DNA from: an uncultured Candidatus Rokubacteria bacterium
GTDB lineage: Bacteria > Methylomirabilota > Methylomirabilia > Rokubacteriales > CSP1-6
Reading direction: 5' to 3'
Assembly (NCBI GenBank): GCA_963754315.1
Contig: CAVWFS010000010.1
Location: 1-64,000 of the forward strand
Length of the DNA stretch: 64,000 bases
A model generated the notes under the pieces. That model worked only from the letters and a program-made list of their open reading frames with translations. It ran no database searches and was not told where the DNA came from. Shown here in pieces: positions 41,639-51,784 of this stretch. The position numbers and the translations under genes are program-made. The first letter of the stretch is position 1; each line of letters opens with the position of its first letter.

Positions 41639-42424
41639 TCAAGGGTGATCCTCCCCCCTGGTCTCGCCGATCTGACGGCGGATGGCCGCCACGCACGCCT
41701 GAAAGTCGGGGCGGGTGGTCATGGCGAGGTTGCGCGGAGCGGGCAGTTCCACCGGCACCACCGCGGCCACCTTGCCCGGCCGGCGCGTGATGACCACCAC
41801 TCGGTGTCCGAGCAGGACGGCCTCGGGAATCGAGTGCGTGACGAAGAGGACGGTCTTGACCTCCTCCCGCCAGATGCGCAGCAGCTCCACCGACAACTCC
41901 TCACGGGTCATGGCGTCGAGGGCGCCGAATGGTTCATCCATGAGAAGGATCGAGGGACGGAAGAGGAGCGCTCGGCAGATGGCCACCCGCTGCTGCATGC
42001 CTCCCGAAAGCTCGCGCGGATACTTGCGCTCGAAACCCTCCAGCCCCACCAGTCGGAGCAACGCCAGCGCGCGCTCGTGGGCCTCGTGCCGGTCCAGGCC
42101 AAGGATGACGGCGGGGAAGAGGACGTTGTCAAGGACGTTCTTCCAGCGGAGCAGCACGGGGCTTTGGAAGACCATTCCGAGGTCGCGTTGGGGACCCACG
42201 ACGCGACGCCCATCGAGGAAGACGTCGCCTGCGCTCACCGCGATCACCCCGGCCAAGAGCTTGAGCAGGGTGGACTTGCCGCAGCCGCTCGGTCCGACGA
42301 TGGTGACAAACTCGTTCTGGCCCACCTCGAAGCTCACGCCGGCGAGGGCCTCCACCAACTCACCGGCTCGCGTGGCGAAGGTCTTTCGCACATCTCGGAA
42401 TGCGATGCGGGGTGGTCCGGCCAC
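41639..42424 (-). CDS. NitT/TauT-family ABC ATP-binding protein
   Basis: GPSGCGKS, LSGGMQQR, LLMDEPFGALD. Confidence 0.93.
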   Translation of the reverse strand: MAGPPRIAFRDVRKTFATRAGELVEALAGVSFEVGQNEFVTIVGPSGCGKSTLLKLLAGVIAVSAGDVFLDGRRVVGPQRDLGMVFQSPVLLRWKNVLDNVLFPAVILGLDRHEAHERALALLRLVGLEGFERKYPRELSGGMQQRVAICRALLFRPSILLMDEPFGALDAMTREELSVELLRIWREEVKTVLFVTHSIPEAVLLGHRVVVITRRPGKVAAVVPVELPAPRNLAMTTRPDFQACVAAIRRQIGETRGEDHP

Positions 42425-42432
42425 GCCGCCGC

Positions 42433-43224
42433 TCAAAGGCCGACCGGTCGGCTCTCGGTCTCCGGAAGACACCACGGCAATGTCACACGCTCCACCACTT
42501 CGACCGCCCAGAAGAGCGCCATGCCCAGGACAGCGAGCAGGAGGATGGCCACGAAGGCCAGATCGGTCTTGAGCTGCGAGGAGGCGATCAGGATGAGGTA
42601 GCCGAGGCCGGAGTCCGCTCCCACGAACTCTCCGATCACGGCGCCCACCACGGCCAGAGTCACCGCGACCTTGCACGCGCTAAAGGTGTGGGGCAGGGCG
42701 CTGGGAAGACGGATGTGCCAGAAGATCTGGAGCCGGTTCGCCGAGAGCGAGCGCACGAGATGAAGCAGGTCCTCCTCGATGAGAACCATGCCCGTGGCCG
42801 TGTTGACGACGATAGGGAAGAAGGCGATGAGGAAGGCCACGATCACCTTTGGCATCTCGCCGGTACCGAACCATACAAGGAGAAGGGGGGCGATTGCGGT
42901 CTTGGGGACCGATTGGATCGCGGCCAGGATCGGGTAGAGAGCCCGCCAGATGACGCCCGAGCTCACCAGGAGCGCGGCGAGCGGAATGCCTACCGCAACC
43001 GCCGCCCCGAAGCCCACGAGGGTCTCGTAGAGGGTGACCCAGATGTGGGCGAGCAGGGTTGCCCGCGCCTCCCATGCCGCGCGCGCGATGTCGGTGGGGG
43101 TGGGCAGGAGCCAGAGAGGAATGTCCCAGAGTCGCGCGGTCACTTGCCACACGGCGAGGAGGCCACCGAGCCCGAGAATGGCCGGAGCGACCTCGCCGAG
43201 TCTTCGTCGGAGACGGGATGCCAG
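42433..43224 (-). CDS. NitT/TauT-family ABC permease; start uncertain, possibly CTG at 43224
   Basis: QSVPKTAIAPL, FFPIVVN, AVIGEFVGADSGLGY. Confidence 0.9.
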   Translation of the reverse strand: MASRLRRRLGEVAPAILGLGGLLAVWQVTARLWDIPLWLLPTPTDIARAAWEARATLLAHIWVTLYETLVGFGAAVAVGIPLAALLVSSGVIWRALYPILAAIQSVPKTAIAPLLLVWFGTGEMPKVIVAFLIAFFPIVVNTATGMVLIEEDLLHLVRSLSANRLQIFWHIRLPSALPHTFSACKVAVTLAVVGAVIGEFVGADSGLGYLILIASSQLKTDLAFVAILLLAVLGMALFWAVEVVERVTLPWCLPETESRPVGL

Positions 43225-43241
43225 CGGGCCAGCCTCCGGCG

Positions 43242-44216
43242 CTATCGCGGCAGGAGCGTGTTGGTGTAAAGCTCGTCGGGCGGTACCGCGACTTTGAGAT
43301 CGTACGTCTGGGTGATCACGTCACGAGTCACCCGCATCTTTTCCGCGTCCATGTACCCGATGCCGTGCTGCTTGGCCTCGGGTGTCCATACGAGATCGTT
43401 CACGATGCGGATCTCGGCGGCGGCGGTGTCGGCGTCCAGTTCCGGATGGCGGGCCTTCACGATCTTGGCGGCCTCATCGGGATTCTTCGTGGCCCAGTCG
43501 ATGCCTTGATAGGCTGCTTTGAGAAGCTTGCGCACGAGGTCGGGCTGTTCCTTGACGAGTTCCTCCTTGACCATGATCGCGTTGCTATAGATGTTCAGCC
43601 CGTAGTCGGCGTAGAGCATCGGCTGGATCTCGACACCCGCCTCCTTGGCCTTCTTGCTTACCGTGGGCAGCCCAATGTAGTAGTCGATGACCGCATCCAC
43701 GCGCTTGCTCAAGAGCATGGGCAAGTGCGAGGGCGCGTCGATCGTCGCCCAGTTCACCTTGGCCGCGTCCACCCCAGCCAGCTTGGCGAAGGCCGGGAAG
43801 AGCTGGCGCACCACGCTCCCCGCCGCCGAGCCGATTGTTTTGCCCTCCAAATCCTTGGGGGTGCGCACGCCGGCGTCTTTGCGGATCCAGAGAACGTACG
43901 GTGCCTTGCCGTACACCATGCCCACGGCCTTCACCTTGATGCCCTGCGAGCGCGCGATGACCAGACTTCCGGTATCCCCCATGCCGATACCGATGGTGCC
44001 GGCGGCGATGCGCTTGATGGCGTCGTTGGCGCCATAGCCGCGCACCACCTCGACGTCGAGCCCCTCGGCCTTGAAGAAGCCCTTTTCCTGGGCCACCACG
44101 AAGCCGGCGTGGCGACCGAAGACCTGCCAGTCCATGCCGAAGCTGATCTTGTCGGCCGCCTCGGCGTGGCCGGTTACGAGCAGAACGAGCAGCGCGCACA
44201 GAACACGAACACACAT
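43242..44216 (-). CDS. NMT1/THI5-like ABC substrate-binding protein
   Basis: Signal peptide, AQEKGFFKAEGLDVE, PKDLEGKTIG. Confidence 0.9.
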   Translation of the reverse strand: MCVRVLCALLVLLVTGHAEAADKISFGMDWQVFGRHAGFVVAQEKGFFKAEGLDVEVVRGYGANDAIKRIAAGTIGIGMGDTGSLVIARSQGIKVKAVGMVYGKAPYVLWIRKDAGVRTPKDLEGKTIGSAAGSVVRQLFPAFAKLAGVDAAKVNWATIDAPSHLPMLLSKRVDAVIDYYIGLPTVSKKAKEAGVEIQPMLYADYGLNIYSNAIMVKEELVKEQPDLVRKLLKAAYQGIDWATKNPDEAAKIVKARHPELDADTAAAEIRIVNDLVWTPEAKQHGIGYMDAEKMRVTRDVITQTYDLKVAVPPDELYTNTLLPR

Positions 44217-44655
44217 GAGACGACTCCCTGGCCGGGGTGTCGGCGTCAAGCGCCGGGCCCGTGCTTCGGACTCGATCGACCGGCGAGGCCATAGTCTATA
44301 CCACAGCCAGGCGGAGCGGTGATGGGCCCGCCCTCGCGGCGCGTTCCTGTCAGGAGTTTTGACACCCGCAGCGGATTGCCGTGCGGCTTTGCATGCCCTC
44401 ACACGTTTCCGCGCAACTTCCCGACAAGCAGCGTAGAATGCTCTACGCTGCATGCAATCCGCGTCCGCCTCCTTGCTCTCCGGGGAGGACAGGGAGGCCC
44501 GGCATCCAGATCGTCGCAGATGTCCCTTGGCGGGGTGTTGCAAGCATCGTGAAACGTGCCATTGCCGCGCGCTGAGACCCGGGCTCACCGTCCAGCAGCT
44601 GACGTTCCGGCGCTAAGAGACATCACGCACCAACGAGCCTAAAGGAGACCGTTCA

Positions 44656-45396
44656 GTGTTAGAGGTGTGCCTTGTTGTGTTGATCACCCTTGCCTTGACC
44701 CAAGTGGCCGTGATCGCAACCTCGATCTATTTGCATCGTGGTCTCGCTCACCGGTCCCTGGCGATACATCCGATTGCCGACGTCATCTTCCGCGTGCTCC
44801 TGTGGCTCACCACGGGGCAGCGCCGACAAGAATGGGTGGCGGTGCACCGAAAGCACCACGCGTTTACCGACCGGGAAGGGGACCCGCATAGCCCTCGGCT
44901 GTTGGGACTTTGGCGAGTACAACTTCTGAACGTGTACTACTACATTCGGGAAGCAAAGAACCCTGACACCATCCGCAGGTTTGCCCCGGATATCCAGGCA
45001 GACTGGCTCGACCGCTGGGTATTCAGCAGAGGCTGGACGGGGCTGGTCCTGGGGACAGCGCTCGCGTGTCTCGTGTTCGGTCTGTGGGTGGGCCTGGTGG
45101 CCGCGGCGCTGCACGCGATCCTGTACGTGTTCCTCCTCGCACCCTTGATCAACGGCCTCGGTCACTGGCGAGGCGGACAGAACTTCGATAACACGGCCTA
45201 TAACTCGCGCGTGCTCGCCTGGGTGACGGGCGGCGAGAGCCTGCACAATAACCATCATGCCCTCCCGCGAGCCCCCAAGTTCAGCGTTCGGGCCTGGGAG
45301 TGGGATCCCTCGTGGCTTGTGATTCGCGTGCTCGCCGCCGTGCGGCTGGTGGCGGTGGTAGGACGCCACGCGCCGGAACTGGTGATAAGCGCTTAA
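44656..45396 (+). CDS. Membrane fatty-acid (acyl-CoA) desaturase
   Basis: His boxes HRGLAH, HRKHH, HNNHH; DPHSP; SD AAGGAG. Confidence 0.9.
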   Translation: MLEVCLVVLITLALTQVAVIATSIYLHRGLAHRSLAIHPIADVIFRVLLWLTTGQRRQEWVAVHRKHHAFTDREGDPHSPRLLGLWRVQLLNVYYYIREAKNPDTIRRFAPDIQADWLDRWVFSRGWTGLVLGTALACLVFGLWVGLVAAALHAILYVFLLAPLINGLGHWRGGQNFDNTAYNSRVLAWVTGGESLHNNHHALPRAPKFSVRAWEWDPSWLVIRVLAAVRLVAVVGRHAPELVISA

Positions 45397-45621
45397 AAAT
45401 CGAAGACTTGGGCTCCGTCTCGTTTGACCAAAGAAAGAGCCGCCCGGTGCAATCGTCCTCCTAGCGCCGAGCGCCTGGTCGGGCGGGGCTGGGAAGGTCA
45501 CCGTCTCTTCACGCGTAAGTCGCGCCTCCCTCGGCAATCCGTGCATTTAATAATAGAGGTGAGACGAGCGTAGGCGCTCAGTCGCGAGACCCTCCGCTGG
45601 GGTCGTGGGGAGAGACGTTTC

Positions 45622-48600
45622 ATGTTTCGGGCCGCTGCTACCACCTTTCGCCACCCGCTACGCGCACTGGCACGCGTCTTCACTGCCGGTCCCTTCCTGG
45701 GCCATATATCGAGCCCGACCAACTCCACGACAATGCTTTCCTCGAGGCGCGGCCGCTGGCTCCGAGCGCTCGGTCCGATTGTTCTGGCACTTCTCGGGCT
45801 GGCGGCTGTGGTGGTCTACTACGAGGCGCAGACCTCCGCCCTGCAGGCGTTCTTTCTGTCGCGGTACGTCAGCAAGGTGTCCTATGAGGTCGGACACGGG
45901 TCGAGCCGCGCCATCGCTTTCCCGGTGGGAGGGCCTTTCGACCGACGACGGGGCTACTCGCTGATCCCCGAGTTCCAGGATCGCCTGCAGGCGCGCGGCT
46001 ACCAGGTCGTGGAGCAGGCGCGCCAGTCCGCCGAGATGGCACGGTTGATGGCGCTGGAGATCACTCCGCCCTACCGGGAGACGCCCTCTGCAGGCTTGCA
46101 GATCCGCGCCCAGGGCATGCCGATCCACGATGTTCGCCCTCAGCGTGGCTTCTATCAGAGGCTCGACGACGTGCCTCCCCTGGTCGTGAACACACTGCTC
46201 TACATCGAGAACCGCGATCTGGCACGGGTGCCGGATCCCCGCAGCAACCCGGCGGTGGACTGGCCGCGCCTGGCCAAGGCCACCATGCTCTATGTGGGAC
46301 ACAAGGTCGGACTCGCCAGCCATGTCGAGGGCGGTAGCACCCTGGCCACGCAGCTGGAGAAGTATCGCCATTCCCCGGAAGGGCGAACCGATTCCGCGAC
46401 AGACAAGCTCAAGCAGTTGGCGGCGGCGAGCCTCAAGGCCTACCAGGACGGTCCGGACACGCGGGCGCATCGGCGCCGGATCGTCGTCGACTATCTGAAC
46501 ACGATGCCGCTGTCCGCGGTCCCCGGCTTGGGTGAAGTGTCGGGGTTGGGAGAGGGTTTGCACGGGTGGTTTGGTCTTGAGCTCGAGGATGTCTCCCGTG
46601 CCCTGTCCGGTCCGGGGGCTACTCCGGAGAAGGCCCGGGCGTTCAAGCACGTGCTGGCCTTGCTCTGTGCGGTTCGGGCTCCGAGCTTCTATCTGCTCGA
46701 GAATCACGCGGCCCTCGAACAGCGCGTCACGGCGTACACGAATTTGCTCGAGACGGCCGGAGTCCTCGATAGCGACCTCCGGCGACAAGTCTCCGACGTT
46801 CCCCTCCGGTTCGCCGATCCAGTTGCCGCCCGCCCGCCGGTATTCGTGGGACGCAAGGCTGCTGCCAGTGTCATGCGTGAGGAGCTGCGACAGATGTTGG
46901 GGGTGGCCAGCTTCTATCAGCTGGACCGGCTCGATGTCGCCGTCGACACCAGCGTGGATGTGCCGCTCCAGGAAGCCACACTCCGCCTGTTTCGGGCCCT
47001 GGAGGATGCCGATTTCGTCCAGGCCCACGGGCTGCGCGCGGAGCGCATGCTGGCCCAAGGCGATCCGCGGCGGGTCATCTACAGTCTGTCGCTCTTCGAG
47101 CGTGGCCCAGACGGCAACGTGCTGCGCGTTCAGGTCGACAACCTCGACAAGCCATTCGATATGAATGAGGGGATGAAGCTCGAGCTTGGCAGCACGGCGA
47201 AGCTCCGGGCGCTGGCACATTACCTGGAGCTCATGGCCGCTCTCCACGGCGAGTTTTCCGGCCTCGAGACTCCCGCACTGGCCAAGCTCGCTGCTTCCGC
47301 GCGGGACCCGCTCACCCGGTGGGGGGCCGAGACGCTCGGGGGTCAACCCCGTCTCGATCTGGCCGCATTCCTCCAACTGGCGCTCGATCGCAAGTACTCG
47401 GCGAGCCCGTACGAGGCGTTCTTCACCGGCAGCGGCATGCACACGTTCGGCAACTTCGACTCGGAGGCTGAGGATCGTTTGCAGCTCACGGTACGGCAGG
47501 CATTCGTGCGCTCGACGAATCTGGTGTACATCCGCCTGATGCGCGATGTGGTGCGGTACCACGAGGCCCGGCTCCCGTACGATGCCAAGGCGGTGCTGGC
47601 CGACCCGGAGGACCCGGTTCGTCGCCGTTTCTTGCGGGAGATCGCCGAGGAGGAGGAGCGGCAGGCACTGTGGCGGGCCTACCGCGCCTACCATCCCCTC
47701 GACGCGGACGCGGACGCGTCGGCGGCGCGACTGCTGCGTGGGCGCAAGAGCTCCGCTCGCGAGCTGGCCAAAGTCTTCTACGCCTGGAATCCGGGTGCGA
47801 GCGTCGAGGAGCTGGAGCAGTGGCTGTCCGAGCGGGTGGATGGGCTGACAACGGACGACGTTCATCGACTCGCGAGGGCATACGGCGGGCCGCGCCTGAC
47901 CCTCTCCGACTTCGGGTACCTCCTTGGGCGCCATCCGATCGAGGTGTGGGTCGCCGGAGAGATGATGCGTACCCCCTCACTCTCCTGGGAGGAGCTCCTG
48001 AGCCGAAGCGACGCCGTGAGGCGGCAGTCCTCCGCCTGGCTCTTCCACACGCGCAACCGCCGCGCCCAGGATCTGCGCCTGCGCATCCGGATCGAACGCG
48101 ACGCCTTCGCGCGCATGACACCGGCCTGGCGTCGCCTCGGCTTTCCCTTCGAGCGGCTGGTGCCGTCGTACGCCTCCGCCATCGGCAGCTCGTCTGATCG
48201 ACCGGCCGCCCTCGCCGAGCTGATGGGGATCGTGCTCAACGACGGCGTGCGTCGCCCAGTGCGCGCCATCGCGCGCGTGACCCTGGCTCAGGACACGCCC
48301 TACCACACTGTCTTCCAGCCCACGCCGGCGGCCGGCGAGCGGGTGCTGCCCGTGCCGGTGGCACGAGCGCTCCGGGGTATGCTCGTCAGCGTGGTCGAGC
48401 AGGGCACGGCTCGGCGGCTTCGCGGCGCCTTCACCGGTGAGGGACGCGAGATGGTGACGGTGGGCGCAAAGACCGGATCGGGCGACAACCGCTTCGAAAG
48501 GTTCGCCCGTGGCGGCGGCGTCATCTCCTCGCGCGTGGTGAGCCGGACGGGGACGGTCGTGTTCTTCATCGGCGACCGCTACTTCGGAACTCTGACCGCA

Positions 48601-48753
48601 TCGGTCTCGGGCAAGCACGCGGCGAGCTACCAGTTCACGAGCGCACTGCCCGTGGCCGTCCTCAGGATGCTGGCGCCCAAGATCAGCGCCCGCCTGGGCG
48701 GCGAAGCTTTGCCACCGGGCCCGGTTACACCCAGGGATGGCCTTCGAAGGTAA
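45622..48753 (+). CDS. Large class A penicillin-binding protein; start may be ATG 45733
   Basis: One N-terminal TM; GT51-like IENR, GGSTLATQLEK, YLN; transpeptidase motifs STAK, STN, KTG. Confidence 0.85.
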   Translation: MFRAAATTFRHPLRALARVFTAGPFLGHISSPTNSTTMLSSRRGRWLRALGPIVLALLGLAAVVVYYEAQTSALQAFFLSRYVSKVSYEVGHGSSRAIAFPVGGPFDRRRGYSLIPEFQDRLQARGYQVVEQARQSAEMARLMALEITPPYRETPSAGLQIRAQGMPIHDVRPQRGFYQRLDDVPPLVVNTLLYIENRDLARVPDPRSNPAVDWPRLAKATMLYVGHKVGLASHVEGGSTLATQLEKYRHSPEGRTDSATDKLKQLAAASLKAYQDGPDTRAHRRRIVVDYLNTMPLSAVPGLGEVSGLGEGLHGWFGLELEDVSRALSGPGATPEKARAFKHVLALLCAVRAPSFYLLENHAALEQRVTAYTNLLETAGVLDSDLRRQVSDVPLRFADPVAARPPVFVGRKAAASVMREELRQMLGVASFYQLDRLDVAVDTSVDVPLQEATLRLFRALEDADFVQAHGLRAERMLAQGDPRRVIYSLSLFERGPDGNVLRVQVDNLDKPFDMNEGMKLELGSTAKLRALAHYLELMAALHGEFSGLETPALAKLAASARDPLTRWGAETLGGQPRLDLAAFLQLALDRKYSASPYEAFFTGSGMHTFGNFDSEAEDRLQLTVRQAFVRSTNLVYIRLMRDVVRYHEARLPYDAKAVLADPEDPVRRRFLREIAEEEERQALWRAYRAYHPLDADADASAARLLRGRKSSARELAKVFYAWNPGASVEELEQWLSERVDGLTTDDVHRLARAYGGPRLTLSDFGYLLGRHPIEVWVAGEMMRTPSLSWEELLSRSDAVRRQSSAWLFHTRNRRAQDLRLRIRIERDAFARMTPAWRRLGFPFERLVPSYASAIGSSSDRPAALAELMGIVLNDGVRRPVRAIARVTLAQDTPYHTVFQPTPAAGERVLPVPVARALRGMLVSVVEQGTARRLRGAFTGEGREMVTVGAKTGSGDNRFERFARGGGVISSRVVSRTGTVVFFIGDRYFGTLTASVSGKHAASYQFTSALPVAVLRMLAPKISARLGGEALPPGPVTPRDGLRR

Positions 48754-48771
48754 CGAAGGCGAGATGCACGC

Positions 48772-50151
48772 ATGTCCGATGAAATGAACATCCCCAGTGC
48801 GGCTCGGATCATCCGCGATCGCGATTTCATTGCCCTGCACGAGATGGTCAAGCACTGGCCGCCTCCCCGCGCCGCCGCCTTCATCCAGGGGTTGCCCGTC
48901 GACGAGCAGGTCATCTTCTTTCGCATGCTTCCTCGCGAGCTCGCCACCGACGTCTTCGAGTACCTCCCCGTCGACGCCCAGGAGAGCCTCCTGAAGGCTA
49001 TGGGGCACGAGGAGGTGGCGCGGATCCTCAACGAGATGGCCCCCGACGACCGGACAGCCCTGCTCGACGAGCTGCCCGCGGCGGCGACCAAGCAGCTTCT
49101 CGCGTTACTCACACCGGAGGAGCGGGCGGTCGCCGTTGCGCTCCTCGGGTATCCCGAAGGCAGTATCGGGCGTCTCATGACCCCCGACTACGTGCGCAGT
49201 CGGCCCGACTGGACTATCGAGCACGTCCTCGATCACATCCGTCGGTACGGCAGTGACAGCGAGACACTCTCCATCGTCTACGTCATCGATGAGGGCGAAC
49301 GGCTGATCGGCGAGATCGGGATCCGCCGGATCCTCCTCTCGCCGCTCATGGCCCGTGTCAGCGAGGTCATGGACCATCACGTGATCGCCCTCAAGGCGGC
49401 GGACCCTCAGGAATCGGCGGTGCCTGTCTTTCAGCGCGAAGGCCGCGTGGCCCTGCCGGTGACGGACTCGGACGGGGTGCTCATCGGGATCGTCACCGTC
49501 GACGACGTGCTCGACGTTGCCCAAACGGAAGCGACGAACACGTTGCAGCGTTTCGGCGGTGTGGAAGCGCTCAACGAGCCGTACCTCGAGCTTTCTCTTT
49601 CGCGGATGGTGCGGAAGCGAGCGGGATGGCTGGTCATCCTGTTCCTGGGCGAGATGCTCACGGCAACCGCGATGGGGTTCTTCGAGAGGGAGATCGAGCG
49701 CGCGGTGGTGCTCGCGCTGTTCGTGCCCCTCATCATCTCGAGTGGCGGCAATTCTGGTTCCCAGGCCGCCACCCTGGTGATCCGGGCCCTGGCGGTGGGG
49801 CAGGTCCGGCTACGCCAGTGGTGGCGCGTACTGTCCGGGGAGATCGCGACCGGGCTCGCGCTCGGCTCGATCCTCGGCGCTATCGGGTTTGGCCGCATCG
49901 CGTTGTGGTCTGCGTTCAGCGCTCTTTATGGCGAGCACTGGCTCCTCGTGGCCATCACGGTGGGCATCGCCTTGATCGGCGTCGTCCTCTGGGGAACCCT
50001 CGCGGGTTCGATGCTGCCCTTCGTTCTTCGCCGACTTGGTTTCGACCCCGCAGTCTCGTCGGCCCCCTTCGTGGCCACCCTGGTCGACGTCACGGGCCTG
50101 GTGATCTACTTCAGCGTGGCCGCAGTGATCCTCCGCGGCACCCTTCTCTGA
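48772..50151 (+). CDS. mgtE: Magnesium transporter MgtE
   Basis: CBS pair, SGGNSGSQ, DPAVSSAPFVATLVDVTG. Confidence 0.96.
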   Translation: MSDEMNIPSAARIIRDRDFIALHEMVKHWPPPRAAAFIQGLPVDEQVIFFRMLPRELATDVFEYLPVDAQESLLKAMGHEEVARILNEMAPDDRTALLDELPAAATKQLLALLTPEERAVAVALLGYPEGSIGRLMTPDYVRSRPDWTIEHVLDHIRRYGSDSETLSIVYVIDEGERLIGEIGIRRILLSPLMARVSEVMDHHVIALKAADPQESAVPVFQREGRVALPVTDSDGVLIGIVTVDDVLDVAQTEATNTLQRFGGVEALNEPYLELSLSRMVRKRAGWLVILFLGEMLTATAMGFFEREIERAVVLALFVPLIISSGGNSGSQAATLVIRALAVGQVRLRQWWRVLSGEIATGLALGSILGAIGFGRIALWSAFSALYGEHWLLVAITVGIALIGVVLWGTLAGSMLPFVLRRLGFDPAVSSAPFVATLVDVTGLVIYFSVAAVILRGTLL

Positions 50152-50270
50152 GGCGGCCGCCGGCCTGGTGGCCGGCCTGACGATCCTGCTTCTCCGACGA
50201 TGTCAGTCGGCCACGCGCACGGCCGTCCATGAACGGCGTCCGCGGGGATGGCGATCCCATCCCCGCGGAA

Positions 50271-50636
50271 TCATCGCTGCGCCCCCGGGGGCGCAGGCGC
50301 GGCCGTTTCCCGGATCGGCCGGATCGGCCGCACCTCGACGCTGCCCACCCGCGCTGGCGGGATCTTGGCGGCGAGCTGGATCGCCTCGTTCAGATCTCTG
50401 GCTTCGATCAGGTAGAACCCCGCCAGCTGCTCCTTGGTCTCGGCGAATGGACCATCCGTGACGGCCACTTTCCCGTTGCGGACTCGCACGGTCGTGGCGG
50501 TCTCAACCGGCTGCAGTGCCTCCGAAGCCAGGCAGTGCCCAGCCTCCCGGAGGGCCGTATCGTAGGCGAGGCACTCACTATCGGCCATGCCTTCGAGCTT
50601 CTTCTCTTCTCCGTAGACCAGGCAGAGATACTTCAT
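50271..50636 (-). CDS. YciI/DGPF-domain protein
   Basis: MKYLCLVY, TDGPFAETKEQLAGFY. Confidence 0.92.
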   Translation of the reverse strand: MKYLCLVYGEEKKLEGMADSECLAYDTALREAGHCLASEALQPVETATTVRVRNGKVAVTDGPFAETKEQLAGFYLIEARDLNEAIQLAAKIPPARVGSVEVRPIRPIRETAAPAPPGAQR

Positions 50637-50638
50637 GG

Positions 50639-51052
50639 TTACTCCGAAACGTTGATCATCCACCCTACCCCGAACCGATCGGTCACCATGCCGAAGCAGG
50701 GAGAGAAAAACGTCTTGGTGAGCGGCATCTGTACCTGGCCGCCTTCCGTCAAGGCAGCGAACAACCGCTCGGCCTCAGCGGGGGCGGCTGCCGAGATCGA
50801 CAGGGAGAAGCCCTGGAAGCCCGGCTGCCCCGAGCAGGATCCATCGGAGGCCATCACCGTCGTGTCGCCAACTCGCAGGCTCGCATGCATCACCTTGTTT
50901 TCGGAGCCCGGCGGGACCATTCCGGGTGGCGGCGGGTCAGGGCTTTCCTTGTAGCGCATCAGCATGTCAACTTTGGCACCGAGCGCGCGGCGGTAGAACT
51001 CGATGGCCTCTTCACAGCGACCGTTGAAGAACAGGTAGGGTTGGACTTGCAT
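50639..51052 (-). CDS. VOC-family PhnB/YjdN-like protein
   Basis: QPYLFFNGRCEEAIEFY, VMHA, FGMVTDRFGVGWM. Confidence 0.9.
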   Translation of the reverse strand: MQVQPYLFFNGRCEEAIEFYRRALGAKVDMLMRYKESPDPPPPGMVPPGSENKVMHASLRVGDTTVMASDGSCSGQPGFQGFSLSISAAAPAEAERLFAALTEGGQVQMPLTKTFFSPCFGMVTDRFGVGWMINVSE

Positions 51053-51099
51053 GACGTCGTCTCCTCTCTTGGGTGTGAGGGGCCGTCGCAACATAACAC

Positions 51100-51539
51100 C
51101 TAGCGCTTGGAAGCCTTGGCCAGTTGCTCGGCTTGGGCACGCTGGCGTTCTTCCTGCGCTCTCAGTTCGGGCGTGAACTCAGCACCGAAATCGTCCGCCT
51201 CGAACACCTGACGAATCTCGATCTCGGTCTCTTCATTGTGAGGGTTAGGGCAACGCTTGACCCATTCGATCGCCTCCTCCATCGATTTCACCTGCCACAG
51301 CCAGAAGCCAGCCACCAGCTCCTTCGTTTCGGCAAACGGCCCGTCGACTACCTGCGCTTGTTCCCGGAGAAGCGGACGCGAGCGCCCCTGGAGCTCGGGT
51401 GCAGCCCCTCGCCCGCCAGCAGGATGCCGGCCTTCACCAGCTCCTCGTTGTACTTGATCATCTCGGCCAGCAGTTGCTTGCTCGGCATTACACCGGCTTC
51501 CGAGTCCCTGGTAGCTTTTACCAAGACCATGAATCGCAT
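51100..51539 (-). CDS. YciI/DGPF-domain protein, frameshift near 51355
   Basis: MRFMVLVKAT..GEGLHPSS then VVDGPFAETKELVAGFW. Confidence 0.88.
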
Positions 51540-51638
51540 CCGCGTGACTCCTTTGTCGGGTCAGGTACGGGGCAGGGTCAGGACGGTCTCGCCTAGACCT
51601 GCTCTCCCTTTCAGCGTAACAACTGTCCACACCCTGTT

Positions 51639-51665
51639 GTCGACCGGGAGGGCGCCAGATCGACA
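51639..51665 (-). promoter_or_regulatory. ECF42-type sigma promoter
   Basis: TGTCGA-N17-CGAC on the minus strand, 100 bp upstream of a DGPF operon. Confidence 0.6.
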
Positions 51666-51784
51666 AGAGTTCCATCAATCTGACCTGCTATGCTGGATAC
51701 TCGGTGAAAGCGAGCGTGCTCGAAGCGATCGCCCGCTTGACGGCCCGCGACCACCTGCTGATCGTGTCGAGCCGGGGGGCGACG

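Noticed and set aside
44529..44625. TPP riboswitch (GGGGTG...CTGAGA) near the NMT1/THI5-like SBP
   Set aside because: It is on the wrong strand for that gene and lacks the CCTGAT and TAAT..GCG.AGGGA 3' elements.
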